A stretch of DNA of 36,000 nucleotides from Chrysochromulina tobinii (lineage: Eukaryota), in contig JWZX01002822.1 in the NCBI GenBank assembly GCA_001275005.1, forward strand, positions 1-36,000, given 5' to 3'. Under the pieces are notes generated by a model. That model was not told where the DNA came from. It made no database searches and worked only from the letters and a program-made list of their open reading frames with translations. Made by a program: the position numbers and the translations under genes. Shown here piece after piece: positions 9,927-20,890 of this stretch (position 1 is its first letter; each line of letters begins with the position of its first letter).

Positions 9927-10391
9927 TCATGTCACTGAGGATGGAACCAGCAGGTCGGGCAGTCCAAGCGAGTGGCGACGTGCAAGCGTGCCGTCCAGTT
10001 CGGAGAGCAGCCGGAGAAAGGCTGCATTCTTCAATAGAAGTTCGACCTCAGCTTCAAGCTGAGCCGGCGTGAGAGTCGTAGGCGGTGGCGGCCCGTTGAT
10101 CACGATCCCCTTGAAGCGAAGATGCTGAAGCACGACCGCTACGTCTCGCTCGGAATGACACTCGGCTAGGAGCGCTGGGCCGCGCGATGCGGGGACGAGC
10201 ATGATCTTGGAGTCCAGGCTTCCGAAGATAAGAGCGCCCAGCGGCTGATGCAGAACCACTGTTCCACCAGACTGGCAGACGGTGCAGTTCACATCGCTGA
10301 GCACAAGGGTTGCTGCGTCCGCCAGAGCTGCGAACTGGCCCGTGAGCACGTCCTCGCGCGCGACGCGGACGGGCACGGTGAGCGACGGCAT
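9927..10391 (-). CDS. 154-aa hypothetical protein, PH-like beta-rich N-terminus and C-terminal helix (possible REC114/PHS1-like)
   Basis: First ATG in the 9927..10490 ORF is at 10391. Globular, non-low-complexity composition; C-terminal VELLLKNAAFLRLLSELDGTL. Confidence 0.5.
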   Translation of the reverse strand: MPSLTVPVRVAREDVLTGQFAALADAATLVLSDVNCTVCQSGGTVVLHQPLGALIFGSLDSKIMLVPASRGPALLAECHSERDVAVVLQHLRFKGIVINGPPPPTTLTPAQLEAEVELLLKNAAFLRLLSELDGTLARRHSLGLPDLLVPSSVT

Positions 10392-10632
10392 GGGCGCTGA
10401 CCTCCGAAGGAAGAGACGGCGCCGCTCGCTCTCGCTCGTTCCTTCGCCGCCTGTGGACGGCCGCCGATCGATCGGCCCCTGTCCACACACATGTGTGAAT
10501 GTGAAAGTGTGTCTAACGACGCACAGTCAAGTATAGACTTGTCTTGACACATGTGCACGGCACGGCGCCAACCGCCCACCGGGTCTCTACACGACGACAC
10601 AGACGTGGTATGACGACACACCGCTGGGCGAA

Positions 10633-12540
10633 TCAAACGACCGCTTCGTTCGGTGAGTTGCTTGTTCTCACCCTCTCCCCTGGTGCTCGCAGGCCGGCGA
10701 AGAATTCCAGGTCGAGTGGTTCGTTCTTGTTCGTCCGCAGATGCTGCTCTGCGCGCAGCTCCCGCAGCACCTCGCGCGTCTGCTCGATGCTGAGAACACC
10801 CGAGTTACCAAAGTCCTTGTCGCGGAAGCGCGCGCGCATTGCAGTCTTGCTCAGCCCCGTGCGCTTGCTCAGCTCGCAGAACTCGGTGATGTCGATGGTG
10901 TTGCTACCGTCGACGTCGAGCTGTTTGATGATGGCCGCATCTGCCTCGGCAACGTTGCGCTCCAGGGTCGCTTCCCGACATTTGAGCACATCTTCGATCC
11001 ACTGGATGAGCCGCGACCTTGTCTCCCTCGTGTCCTTCGGGTAGTACAGGCGGAGTGCCTCCTCAAAGTTGGATGGCTCAAAGCTGGGCAGGCGGGCGGC
11101 GTGCCAGGGCACGCTGCCACCACCGCTTTTAGTTGCCTTTTGCTGCGCGATATCCTTGTAGAGGTTGAGGACATCACGGCGTCGCGGTTGAAGATCCTTG
11201 GGCAAAGGCTTCACCACGAAGGCGTTTGTCGCGATGGTGTCCTTCTTTCTTAGCGTGAGGATCAACTCCTCGTACGAGATAGAGCCATCGCCAGACTCAT
11301 CGAACTCGCTAAAAATAGCGTGAATGTCGACAATCCTCGTCTCCGGAAGAATGGACTTGATGGTATCGGTAAACTCTTTTAGCGAAATCTCGCCGTTGCC
11401 ATCGACGTCGCACTTGTGGAAGAGGTCGATGACGCGGTCGAGCACATCGGCGCGCCGCAGCGCCTCGCGAAGCGACTGAACCTGGGCCCTGATCTCGTCC
11501 GTCCCTTGACCCTTTTTGGCCAGCTGCACCTCGTAAGCTGTCGGGACGAGCGAATCGTCGAGCATGCGCGCGAGCGCTTCGACGGAGTTTTTCCTGTCCT
11601 TTTTGCGCTTCTGCATTGCCGCTACCGCATCCGACGCATGTTGCGGACCAGACTCTTCAAAGCGCGAGTCAACTGCGTTGAGAATCGCTCCGAGCAGCGT
11701 GTTTTCGAGACCTTCGACTATGAGCTCATCTCTTTCGTTGCTCGCGTTGAAGTAGGAGTGAGCTGTGGCGGCTGTGACAGCTCCAAGATTGGCCGCTCTG
11801 TCCTTAGCATCGCTGCTGGGTTTGGGCGCACTCGAGAGCGCTGGCAGCGCCGCACTCGAGAGCGCTGGCAGCGCCCCTTCGCTCCGCGAAGCCTGCATGC
11901 GGCCAAAGCCCAAGGCAGCTGCCCCGAGGGCGACGGCCGATTGGCGCCGGAAAAAGGCTTTCGCGGCGCCCACATGCAGATTGGGCAAGGAGCCTTTTTC
12001 CGATGGATCAGCGGACACGGCAGCAGATGGGTCAGCGATCTCCACCCATTCCGGTTGTTCCGGCTTCTCCTCGCCAAAGACAGCCGCCAAGGTATTTTGC
12101 TCGAAGATGGGATCATCGAGCACTTCGAGCAGGCAAAGTGGTTCCGCCTGAGCCGCTGGGCTGCGCCGCTCGACAGCTGGAAGCTCCACGAGTAGTCGTG
12201 ACGGCGAGCCTTTAGTCTTGGCAAAGGAGCTGGAGCTCAGCGAGGCACTGGTTTGCAACGGCATCCCTGGCGGCACCCTCAGGGAGCCACCCACGCGCCG
12301 CGGTGGGCTGAGGCCTTTGGGACTAGGGGACGGCGGTTTGGTCATGGCAGCTGCAGCTGCAATAGAACCAGGCAGTGGCGGCAGGAAGAAGGGGAGCGGG
12401 ACGGCTAATATGGGCGGTGCCACGGGCCTGCCGAGACGGTCCCCGGGCAGCAGCGTCAACGGAGAGCCTTGGAAGAAGGCAGCACTGCTCTGCGAGGACG
12501 TGATCGACGTCCGCGCCCCAGAGAGAGCCGTCCCGGGCAT
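10633..12540 (-). CDS. EF-hand calcium-binding protein with two EF-hand pairs (start may be ATG at 12345)
   Basis: Loops DVDGNGEISLKE, DESGDGSISYEE, DVDGSNTIDITE, DFGNSGVLSIEQ. Confidence 0.8.
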   Translation of the reverse strand: MPGTALSGARTSITSSQSSAAFFQGSPLTLLPGDRLGRPVAPPILAVPLPFFLPPLPGSIAAAAAMTKPPSPSPKGLSPPRRVGGSLRVPPGMPLQTSASLSSSSFAKTKGSPSRLLVELPAVERRSPAAQAEPLCLLEVLDDPIFEQNTLAAVFGEEKPEQPEWVEIADPSAAVSADPSEKGSLPNLHVGAAKAFFRRQSAVALGAAALGFGRMQASRSEGALPALSSAALPALSSAPKPSSDAKDRAANLGAVTAATAHSYFNASNERDELIVEGLENTLLGAILNAVDSRFEESGPQHASDAVAAMQKRKKDRKNSVEALARMLDDSLVPTAYEVQLAKKGQGTDEIRAQVQSLREALRRADVLDRVIDLFHKCDVDGNGEISLKEFTDTIKSILPETRIVDIHAIFSEFDESGDGSISYEELILTLRKKDTIATNAFVVKPLPKDLQPRRRDVLNLYKDIAQQKATKSGGGSVPWHAARLPSFEPSNFEEALRLYYPKDTRETRSRLIQWIEDVLKCREATLERNVAEADAAIIKQLDVDGSNTIDITEFCELSKRTGLSKTAMRARFRDKDFGNSGVLSIEQTREVLRELRAEQHLRTNKNEPLDLEFFAGLRAPGERVRTSNSPNEAVV

Positions 12541-12843
12541 GCCTGCAGAGGTAGCCGAAGGACTCGACCAGTGCGGAACCTCACTGACTCCTCACTGACA
12601 GTGTTGGACGGCAGCCGCCGACGAACACCGCGTGACAACGCGCCCGCTCGGAATCCGGCTACAATGTATGTACTGTGTACCGTCCAAGGGACGCGGTTTC
12701 ACGATGCGAAACTGAAACCGCGGAGAATTGGAAAGACGTCCAGCGCAGCGTGCAGAACAAAATGTGTGGTCCAGAGACTGCGGCGACTGGGAGGTCTTTG
12801 AGCCGCACCATCTGTAAACTCATCAAGTTCCGTTTAATTTGTC

Positions 12844-13923
12844 ATGAAAATACCTGATACGTCGTCAATTCATCAATCATCAAGCCTTTCTGCATCGGAT
12901 CAGCTGCACCTTTCGTCGATGTCGCGTGAAAATGGCGGGATCGTCACCTCCAGGTCGCGGGGAAATGATGAGGCCGTCCACCCGCTTTCGCATCTGACCG
13001 TGCTGCCGCACGAACTCTGCTGCGCCATCATGCACCACATTGGCGACACGATGTCCATCGTCGCAGTGACAGCCACCTGTAAGCCGCTGATGGCCATGGC
13101 AGACTCGGACTTCTGGCGAGTGAGGCTTACTGAACGCTATCCCGGCGCTGAGCCGAGCGGCGACGCGAGCACGGTGCGCGACTTGTACAGCGTGCGATGG
13201 AAAAAGGCGCGCATGGAGCTCAATGACCTGAGTATCCCGGGCAGCAACGCTCCGCCAGTCGCGATGGTGAGCAGTAGCACTGGCTTGAGTGCGCGCAGCG
13301 CGAGCAACCCCCTGGAGTGCTCCGCGCGCGTGCTCCATTCCGCCAGCGTGATCGAAGGCGAGTTCAAGCGTGATTGCGACCAGCTCGCGAGCCTCGTCGC
13401 CAACGGGCAGATAGCGGCGGACGACATCGTCGAGTGGCTGCGCAGTGACGCGGCGACGCGTGCCCCGCTGACCGCGTGCGCTGCCATTGCCGTGCTGCAG
13501 CGCCGCCGCCTGCGCTCGGAGTGCGAACCGCACGCCCTCGACCTGCGCCTGCGGCCGCTGGCCCGCGCCCTGCAGCGACTTCGCCAAGGCACGCACGCCA
13601 CGCCGCCGCGCGTACTCTCGCAGCGCGTCGTGCTCAAGTGGACGGCATGGTCGTCGGCGCGCGACTGCCGAGGGTTCCGCGCGCGCGACGACCTGCGGCG
13701 GTTGCAGCCCACCTTGCAAGAGCTTCTCCTGTGCGTTGCCGATGAGGAGAGATCGATGGCACTCGAGGAGCCAGCGTCACCGCACAGCACGCCGCCGCGC
13801 ACGCCGCCCGGCACGCCTGAGTCGCATTCGGGAGACGCCGAGGCCTTTTGGCGCGTGCTCGCCCGCGGGGTCGTGCACGAGGTCCGATCCATCAGCCTCG
13901 CATCAGATGTAGAGGCGATGTGA
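12844..13923 (+). CDS. F-box domain protein, up to 359 aa
   Basis: LTVLPHELCCAIMHHI...IVAVTATCKPLMAMADSDFWR matches the F-box pattern; true start may be a downstream Met. Confidence 0.7.
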   Translation: MKIPDTSSIHQSSSLSASDQLHLSSMSRENGGIVTSRSRGNDEAVHPLSHLTVLPHELCCAIMHHIGDTMSIVAVTATCKPLMAMADSDFWRVRLTERYPGAEPSGDASTVRDLYSVRWKKARMELNDLSIPGSNAPPVAMVSSSTGLSARSASNPLECSARVLHSASVIEGEFKRDCDQLASLVANGQIAADDIVEWLRSDAATRAPLTACAAIAVLQRRRLRSECEPHALDLRLRPLARALQRLRQGTHATPPRVLSQRVVLKWTAWSSARDCRGFRARDDLRRLQPTLQELLLCVADEERSMALEEPASPHSTPPRTPPGTPESHSGDAEAFWRVLARGVVHEVRSISLASDVEAM

Positions 13924-13981
13924 ATGGCGGCCAACGCAGCTCAGTGCCAGAGATGGCGGCCAACGCGGCTTTCAGTGCCAG
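13924..13981 (+). repeat. Tandem duplication of ~28 bp immediately after the F-box stop codon
   Basis: atggcggccaacgcagctcagtgccag / atggcggccaacgcggctttcagtgccag. Confidence 0.75.
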
Positions 13982-14223
13982 TGCGGATGCTGTGCGGGGA
14001 CAAGGATAGCGATCAATATCCCTTATCGTGTACCATGTGTATATTTGCCAATCGGCGGTGTGATGCGTGGTCATAGTGAATTTTGGAGACTTCGTGCAAC
14101 GAACCAAATGTTCGACAAGTTAGAAAGTTGACGAAATGCCCAGTACGGCGCACCGTCCATCTAGATGGCCCTGGGAGCCCTGGGAGCCCAGCCTTGTTCC
14201 GTCGTGCTCGTTGGCCTCGACGA

Positions 14224-17200
14224 ATGCTTGGGCTCACGAAAGCAGCCCAAAGAGAATTTTCTAAGGCAGCTCAAACCGTAGAGCAGCTCAAAGGGCTGGT
14301 CGAAGATAAGATAGGGAAGAGCGGCGACGTGATTGTGCCGCCATCGCGGCTGACGCATGGGCTCAAGGATGAGCACTTTGTTGGCGATGTGACGACCTTG
14401 CGCTACCCGGCGACGCTCGACTTCTCGCACGCCAACTTTAAGCTGCGGGACATCTCGCTGCTGGCGCAGGTGCCTAAGGGCGCGCCGCAGACGATCAACC
14501 TTGGTGGCAACGAGCTGACATCGCTCGAGGAGGTCAATCGCTTCCAGGCGCTGCGGTCGCTGGTGGCATGCGCGAATTCACTGCAGGTGGGCGGCGGCCT
14601 GATCCTGCGGCTGCCAAAGCTGACGGACCTCGACCTCGCATCCAATCGACTGGTCGCGATCCCGCCGCTCCAAGAGCTGCCGCAGCTGCAGACGCTGCAC
14701 CTGCAGCGCAACCAGATCCATCGGAATTGGGCTGAGCTCCAGGCAGTGGCAAGCTCGCTGCGCGAGCTCGACGTCTCGCAGAACCGGCTCGTATGGTCGA
14801 AGTCCACAGGCGAGTTCGACGCCGCCTTGCGCGTGCTCAGTTCTCTCAAGAAGCTCAAGGAGCTGCGAGTGGGCGGGAATCCCGTCTCTGACACGCCCGC
14901 ACTTCGCCACCTCGTGATCACGTACGCGCAGTCGCTACAGCGTCTGGATGGCGTGGCGGTGACCCCTCAGGAGCGGCGCGGCGTCTCGAATATGGAGCGT
15001 CCAGTGGCAGCAGCGGCGATCATGGTGTTGCCCGGCGCCAGCGATGAGGAGGACGACGATGATGGCATCAGTCTGAAGGATTTCGGCGCCGCCAGCGGCG
15101 CTGCCGGCGGCGCTGCCGGTGGCGGCGGCAGCGGGTCGTCGGCGCATGAGAGTGGCAGTCATGGCGCGTGGGTGAGCATGAAGGCTCTCATTGGAGGCAG
15201 CGCCAAGTCGACGAAACCTGGCGCTGTACTGGGCGTGAGCATCCCGAGCGGCGCGGGTGCGATGCAGCCTGGTCCCCAGGGATGGCTTGATGACTTGGAG
15301 GACGGCGCCAACGGGCGCGCTGTAATGGGCGCCAAGGGACGTGGGCGCGCCTCCTCGTCGGATCGTGCTCTGGCAGCCATGAGCAGCCGCGCGCGAAGCG
15401 AGCCGCCGAAAGGGCGCGCTGGCGGCAGCGGCGGCGGCTCGTGCCGAGAACCGCTGGACGATGGCGCGGGCGTCGGCTTCAAACGCGACGCACCACGGCA
15501 GCAAGCAGCTGAGACACGCCCGTGGGGTGGCGCGGGCGGCGAGGCGCGCTTGATCGCCGGCCGCGCCGGTGCCACTGCCGGCCGGAGCGCCACCGACATT
15601 GAGATGGACTCCCATTTGGACGGCGATGGCTTCGTAAGTGATGGAGGTTCGAGCGATGTAACGGGCGAGGACGAGGACGAGAAGGACGAGGAAGAGCTTC
15701 CTAGTTGGGTACTGCAGGCAACAGGCAGCGGCGGGCGCGGCGCTGGGGGTCGCGGCGCCGGGGGCCGCGGCGCCGGCGCATCCGGCGCGGGCCGCGGCAG
15801 CTCGCGTGCCAACACGGCGCGTGCCAACACGGCGCGTGCCAACGGCCCCGACAAAGGTCGTGGGGACTCGCGCGATGACGAAACCGAGATGAGCTCCAGG
15901 CGTGTGGCAGCCTCGCAGCCGCCGTCCCCGGGAGGGCGCCTGCCTAGTTGGCGGGAGGCGCCGGACGACAAGAAGACGCGCGAGCGTATGGAGCGTGAGG
16001 CGGCGGCCACCGCTGCGGCCGAGCGGACGGCCGAGGCGGCCGAGGCTGCGCGCGCGGAGGCGGAGATGGCCGCGCTTGCCCGTCGTGAGGCTGGTGAGCG
16101 TCAGATGGCGCTTGAAGAGTCCGAGAGAGAGAAGATGAAGCAAATGGAGCGTGAAGCCTTTGAACGCACGCAGCGCGCAGCGGCAGGAAGCGGCACTGCG
16201 CCGAAGGCGGCCAGGACTGCAGGTGCATTGGCGGCAGCGATGCCGGGGAATGGCCCTCTGCCCGCTCGGGCTGGCGGATCGTCATCCATGGTGTCCATGG
16301 TGCCGATGGCCACGATGGCCTTTGAGTTTGACGACGACGATGGCGCCGCACAGAGCGAGCAGGAGGACAGCCAGGGCGGGCTCAGTGAGGACGAGGAGGA
16401 GGAGGACGATGATGATCGCTCCATTTATCTGGAGGAGGAGGAGGAGGAGGAGGAGAGGCAGCGCAGCTCCCGACGGGAAGGCGCCCGAACGAGCGCCCTA
16501 AAGGGCACCGGCCAGCCCCAGACTGACAAACGCTTCCCTCGCCCAGAGCGTGAACCACCGAACCACGCGGGCCACATGAGCTACGCGTCACCGGCGCCGG
16601 CACTGATGGCCACAGCTGATGCTGCAGCTGACAAGCGGGCAGTCAGGAGCGGCTCTGTCTTTGGCGCCATGCTGAGTACGCAAGAGCTTGCGCCGACGAG
16701 TGCGCCACCGAGCGCACCGCCGAGTGCGCCTAGCACCGCTCGGCCGGGCGCGCCTAGCACGGCGAGCGCGGCACACATTGACATGATGGGTCAGGCTGGG
16801 ACGGCAGCAGAGGGCAGCGGCAAGGCGGCAGGCGCTGCAGAGGGCAGCGGCAAGGCGGGCGGCGTTGTTGGCGGCACGCTCGGCGCTCTCCTCGCGGCTC
16901 GTCGGGAGAGCAACGCCAAGCCTATCCGTCAGCTCAATGTCGTGGAGGAGCAGATGCAGATGCTGGCGGCGTGGCAAGCGCAGCAAGCCCCCGCCCCCGC
17001 CCCGGCAGCAGTGCTGCCTATGGTCGGTTCGCCCTCGCCGGAGAACTGGTCCCCCGCGCCTGCGCCTGCGCCTGCGCCTGCGCCTGCGACGACCACGGCG
17101 CAGGCGCCCCATGCCTCTCCGATGCGTCTGAGCCCCGGGATGTCGCCGCAGATGGCGCCGTATCCGATGACACCGCTCAACACGACGCTTCACGGGTACG

Positions 17201-19284
17201 CCCAGACGCCTACGGCGCACTATGAGAGCGCCGTAATGGGCGGGGGCGGCGGTAGAGGAGTCGGCGGCGTTGAGCCTCCGTCCTCTGCAAGCAGCCCATC
17301 GGGATGGTCAGTAGGAACACCACGCTGGCCGGGCGGCGGCGGGATGGGCAGCGGCGGCCCTGACAGAGGCGGCTGTGCGCCTCACACGGGTAACGGTGCT
17401 TCGCGGGGGCCGCCGAGTCCCTCTGGGTCCACAGGTGCCCTCGCGGCGGCGCGTGCTGCGCTGCAGCGCGTCGAGGCACTCGAGCCCAGCAGCTCGTTGG
17501 AGCACGGCTTCGCTGACGACGATCGCTCCTTGTACGGATACGGATATGCCCCCTCCGCAGGCGGCCTGTCGGCCACACGCCAGGCAGCCGAGGAACGGAT
17601 CGTGGCGGCGGCGGCGGCGGCGGCGGGCGCGGTGATTGCGTCCGAATGCATCAAGTGGCGCGCGCGCGCAGACCGTCTCGAGGCGGAGCGCGCGGGACAG
17701 CTGGCGCAGCAGCAAGAGCTCTTAAGCGCCATTCGCGCCAAAGAAGTGTTGTTCCAGGAGGCTGAGGGCGCGCTGCAGGCGGTACGCCAGCAGGTGAACG
17801 CCGGCAGCGCAAGCACGAGCAGCAAGCAGCGCGAGGAGTACATCAGCCAAAAGGGGGCCCTGCAGCGCGAGCGGCAGGAGACGCTTGCCGCCGAGGCCGC
17901 ACTCGCAGACGTGCGGCGCGAGCTCGTGGAGCTCGAGACAACGCTTGTGGCGGTCGAGGACGCATGCTCGGCTCTGGAGGCCGAGTTGCCGGCCGAAGGT
18001 GTCACGCACGCCCTCGCACAGCGTACGCAGCAGGCTGAGCGCGAGGCTGCGCACCATCGGCAGCGGCTGGCCTCGATGACCGCAGCTCTCGAGGAGAAGC
18101 GCGCGCGCCAGCGGCGGCAGAGCGTCGGTGGTACGGACGAGAATCCTCTTGCGCCGCAGCATCGCGCCATTGAAGAGCTCGAAGGCGAGGTCGAACGAGC
18201 TCGGGCGGAGCTCGCCGAGCTGCGCCGGGCCATCCCATCGCCTTCGAAAGCCCGCGCCGCGCCACCGAGCATGGGGGTAGCGGCGGCTTGTGATCTAGCA
18301 GAGGCGACGGAGGCGGCGCGGGGCATAGATTTCGATGAGGAGGAGGAGGCGGCCGCGGCCGAAGACTCGGTGCGACGGCAGCTAGCCGCGATCAAGCGCG
18401 AGCGGCGTGAGCACGAGTCGCTGCGCTGCGTCTGGCGTCAGTCGGCGTGGCAAGCGGCGTGGGCCATCCTCGCACTCACATCGCGCATTCATGGCGGCGC
18501 AACCGCTGATGAGCAGGACAGCGGGGCCAGGAGCGCCGAGGCGGCGGCGTCTGAGGTCATCAGCAGTGCCAAGGAGGAGGTGGACGAGGAGGCGGAGCAC
18601 GACCCAAGCGCTGGGGATGGGGCTAGCATCGCAGCCTCGAGCACGGCGGCGGGCGGCGTCGACGTTGCATTCGATTGGGCTGCGGCGATGGAACGCGATG
18701 CCTTCATGGCGGCGGCGATGAAGCACGCATTGCTGGAGGAGGGAGGCTTTGCAGACAACGAGACCATCGACGCGCAAAGCGAGGCGCCCTCGAACACCCT
18801 GTCCTTCGCCCCCAGCACCATCGGAGGCGGCGGGGGGCGCGGCGGCAAGGCCGCTGCGGGCTCGGCAGCGGTGACGGCGCTCTGGCGAGAGATTGCGAAG
18901 AAGGAGGCACAAAGGCTGCTGCGTCTCAATGACGAAGTGTCCCGACGCGAGGCCGAGTGGCAACGCGAACGAGACGAGTGGATGCAATATCGCGCTGAGG
19001 TGCAAGAGGAAATGCGTCGCGATGCGCGGAACCAGGCCAAGGCCATCCGAGGTGGCGCAGGTGGCGAGGGAGGGAGCCCGCTGGTGGCATCAGCGGCCCC
19101 CGCTGGAGGTCAGGACCTCGCTGCAGTCAAGGAGGCTTTGCGCCGCGCACAAGCCCAGGCTCTCAACCTCAAACGCGAGCGTGCCAACATGGAGGGGGAG
19201 CTAGCGAAGCGAAGACAGGCCGCAGCGGCAGTGGAGGCGAAGCTCAATCGACTACGCGGCGCACTGCTCCACCAGGCAGAGTGA
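14224..19284 (+). CDS. ~1686-aa leucine-rich-repeat protein: N-terminal LRRs + LRRcap, long disordered middle, C-terminal coiled coils (centrosomal/ciliary-type architecture)
   Basis: First ATG of the 14083..19284 ORF. LxxLxLxxN units (INLGGNEL, LDLASNRL, LHLQRNQI, LDVSQNRL, LRVGGNPV) and cap LRHLVITYAQSLQRLDG. Confidence 0.82.
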   Translation: MLGLTKAAQREFSKAAQTVEQLKGLVEDKIGKSGDVIVPPSRLTHGLKDEHFVGDVTTLRYPATLDFSHANFKLRDISLLAQVPKGAPQTINLGGNELTSLEEVNRFQALRSLVACANSLQVGGGLILRLPKLTDLDLASNRLVAIPPLQELPQLQTLHLQRNQIHRNWAELQAVASSLRELDVSQNRLVWSKSTGEFDAALRVLSSLKKLKELRVGGNPVSDTPALRHLVITYAQSLQRLDGVAVTPQERRGVSNMERPVAAAAIMVLPGASDEEDDDDGISLKDFGAASGAAGGAAGGGGSGSSAHESGSHGAWVSMKALIGGSAKSTKPGAVLGVSIPSGAGAMQPGPQGWLDDLEDGANGRAVMGAKGRGRASSSDRALAAMSSRARSEPPKGRAGGSGGGSCREPLDDGAGVGFKRDAPRQQAAETRPWGGAGGEARLIAGRAGATAGRSATDIEMDSHLDGDGFVSDGGSSDVTGEDEDEKDEEELPSWVLQATGSGGRGAGGRGAGGRGAGASGAGRGSSRANTARANTARANGPDKGRGDSRDDETEMSSRRVAASQPPSPGGRLPSWREAPDDKKTRERMEREAAATAAAERTAEAAEAARAEAEMAALARREAGERQMALEESEREKMKQMEREAFERTQRAAAGSGTAPKAARTAGALAAAMPGNGPLPARAGGSSSMVSMVPMATMAFEFDDDDGAAQSEQEDSQGGLSEDEEEEDDDDRSIYLEEEEEEEERQRSSRREGARTSALKGTGQPQTDKRFPRPEREPPNHAGHMSYASPAPALMATADAAADKRAVRSGSVFGAMLSTQELAPTSAPPSAPPSAPSTARPGAPSTASAAHIDMMGQAGTAAEGSGKAAGAAEGSGKAGGVVGGTLGALLAARRESNAKPIRQLNVVEEQMQMLAAWQAQQAPAPAPAAVLPMVGSPSPENWSPAPAPAPAPAPATTTAQAPHASPMRLSPGMSPQMAPYPMTPLNTTLHGYAQTPTAHYESAVMGGGGGRGVGGVEPPSSASSPSGWSVGTPRWPGGGGMGSGGPDRGGCAPHTGNGASRGPPSPSGSTGALAAARAALQRVEALEPSSSLEHGFADDDRSLYGYGYAPSAGGLSATRQAAEERIVAAAAAAAGAVIASECIKWRARADRLEAERAGQLAQQQELLSAIRAKEVLFQEAEGALQAVRQQVNAGSASTSSKQREEYISQKGALQRERQETLAAEAALADVRRELVELETTLVAVEDACSALEAELPAEGVTHALAQRTQQAEREAAHHRQRLASMTAALEEKRARQRRQSVGGTDENPLAPQHRAIEELEGEVERARAELAELRRAIPSPSKARAAPPSMGVAAACDLAEATEAARGIDFDEEEEAAAAEDSVRRQLAAIKRERREHESLRCVWRQSAWQAAWAILALTSRIHGGATADEQDSGARSAEAAASEVISSAKEEVDEEAEHDPSAGDGASIAASSTAAGGVDVAFDWAAAMERDAFMAAAMKHALLEEGGFADNETIDAQSEAPSNTLSFAPSTIGGGGGRGGKAAAGSAAVTALWREIAKKEAQRLLRLNDEVSRREAEWQRERDEWMQYRAEVQEEMRRDARNQAKAIRGGAGGEGGSPLVASAAPAGGQDLAAVKEALRRAQAQALNLKRERANMEGELAKRRQAAAAVEAKLNRLRGALLHQAE

Positions 19285-19989
19285 CCTGTCGTTTATTTGC
19301 GCGCCCGCGCACAGTCCATCGACTCATCACGTGCGGCGGCATCGATCGAAAGCTTTAGTATCTAGTATCTTTAGTATGTTATAAGCGCGGAAGAACTTAT
19401 CCCGCGTATCGTCGTCTGCGAAAAGTTACTTAGTGCGTTCGGTGAACGAAACTTAGTAACTTTCTCGTGTCTGAATATAAGAATATACCCACGTGTCGGC
19501 GGCGTTGGTCTGGTCGCGCTTATAGTTCCGGCAGCGTCGACGGTCGAGCTTCGCACGTGCCTCGTGCGCCACGCCCACGGTCCGTCCGGGTGTGTCTCCC
19601 GGTCACGCATATCGCATTCGATTCGCACCGCGCGGCCACCGGCATGGCGGCGGGGCCGGGGCGCCCGCGCGCGCGTAGTTTGAAAAATCGAATGCAAGCA
19701 CGGTCTATGTGACGCACAGCAGCAGTCTGTGACAGTCTGTGACGCAAATCACACCCACTGTGCCCGGGGCCGCGATACGAGCCGAGCACGGTGGGTGCGC
19801 GGGGGCTGTGAAGTGCGATAATAGCTGTGGCCAGTGACCTGTCGTGTGTATGTGCAATGTTGCCACAGAGTGACCCTCCGTTGCACGCTCCTCGCCGCTC
19901 GCCACCGGAGTGCCACTGCCACACAGTGCGGGCAGTGGCCAGTGCGGGACGACAGTGGCGACAGGCCCCGAGCGAGGCCACACGGTCCG

Positions 19990-20382
19990 ATCGCAGCGCT
20001 CCTCCGCGGGCCGCAAACGACCGGACGACGACGACTGGACGATAAGGACCACGACGGCGAGAGCGCCATGGATGACAAGTGAATGCTTGGAGGTTGGCGG
20101 GATTGACGAGAGCGTCGCATGTCGCGCTGGCTTCCCCAAAGAGAGTGCAGACCCACCGGAGTGCCCCGCGGCCCGTCGCCCATGATCGTATGAGAGCTCG
20201 GCCGGCCGTGCAGCTGAAAGCCGGGCAGACACAGGAGCATGCAGGAGGCTTTTGCATGGCGGTACGCCCCACATGGAATGTGAGGAAACGGCCTCTGACA
20301 GTGAGCCTACAATTTGAAATGCTGTACCATTTTGGCCGAGACGGTTGTAATATGATGGGGGCGCGAGTTGTGTGTAATTATG
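19990..20382 (+). pseudogene. Degenerate inverted copy of the RB gene 3' coding end, stop codon and downstream region (22463-22853)
   Basis: For example gacggcgagagcgccatggatgacaagtgaatg (DGESAMDDK*) and long matches to the reverse complement of 22463-22853, with many small indels; weaker similarity continues to ~19880. Confidence 0.85.
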
Positions 20383-20481
20383 AAGGCGGCGTGAGTTCGA
20401 TATACACGTGCTTCGTTGACCAGTGGTCCACCACGTTCGTGCGGCTCCCGGACGCTCCGTTTCGTCACATCGTGCCGCTAC

Positions 20482-20830
20482 AGACATGCACGTCACGGAC
20501 CAGGGCAAAGCCCAGACCAGCGCAAACTCTGCTGCTCATTCCCACCACCTCTCTCCAGTTAGGCAGCCATAGACCCTCTCTCTGTACTTGCACTAGGCAT
20601 GCACGTCACGGACCAGGGCAAAGCCCAGACCAGCGCAAACTCTGCTGCTCATTCCCACCACCTCTTCTCGCCAGTTAGGCAGCCATAGACCCTCTCTCTG
20701 TACTTGCACTAGACATGCACGTCACGGACCAGGGCAAAGCCCAGACCAGCGCAAACTCTGCTGCTCATTCCCACCACCTCTTCTCTCCAGTTAGGCAGCC
20801 ATAGATCCCTCTCTCCGTACTTGTACTTGC
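20482..20830. repeat. Three tandem copies of a 113-116 bp unit downstream of the RRM gene stop (likely 3' UTR)
   Basis: Unit starts at 20482, 20595 and 20711 (AGRCATGCACGTCACGGACCAGGGCAAAGCCC...GTACTTG). Confidence 0.9.
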
Positions 20831-20890
20831 GACCACCAGAGTGCGCGAAATCCAGTGTTTGCTGCTGTATGTCCCCATGCGTAGTAGCCC

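Noticed and set aside
19520..20678. ORFs 19520..20272, 19705..20508, 19749..20240 and 20079..20678
   Set aside because: They overlap the degenerate inverted RB copy and the tandem repeats, with no domain-like content.
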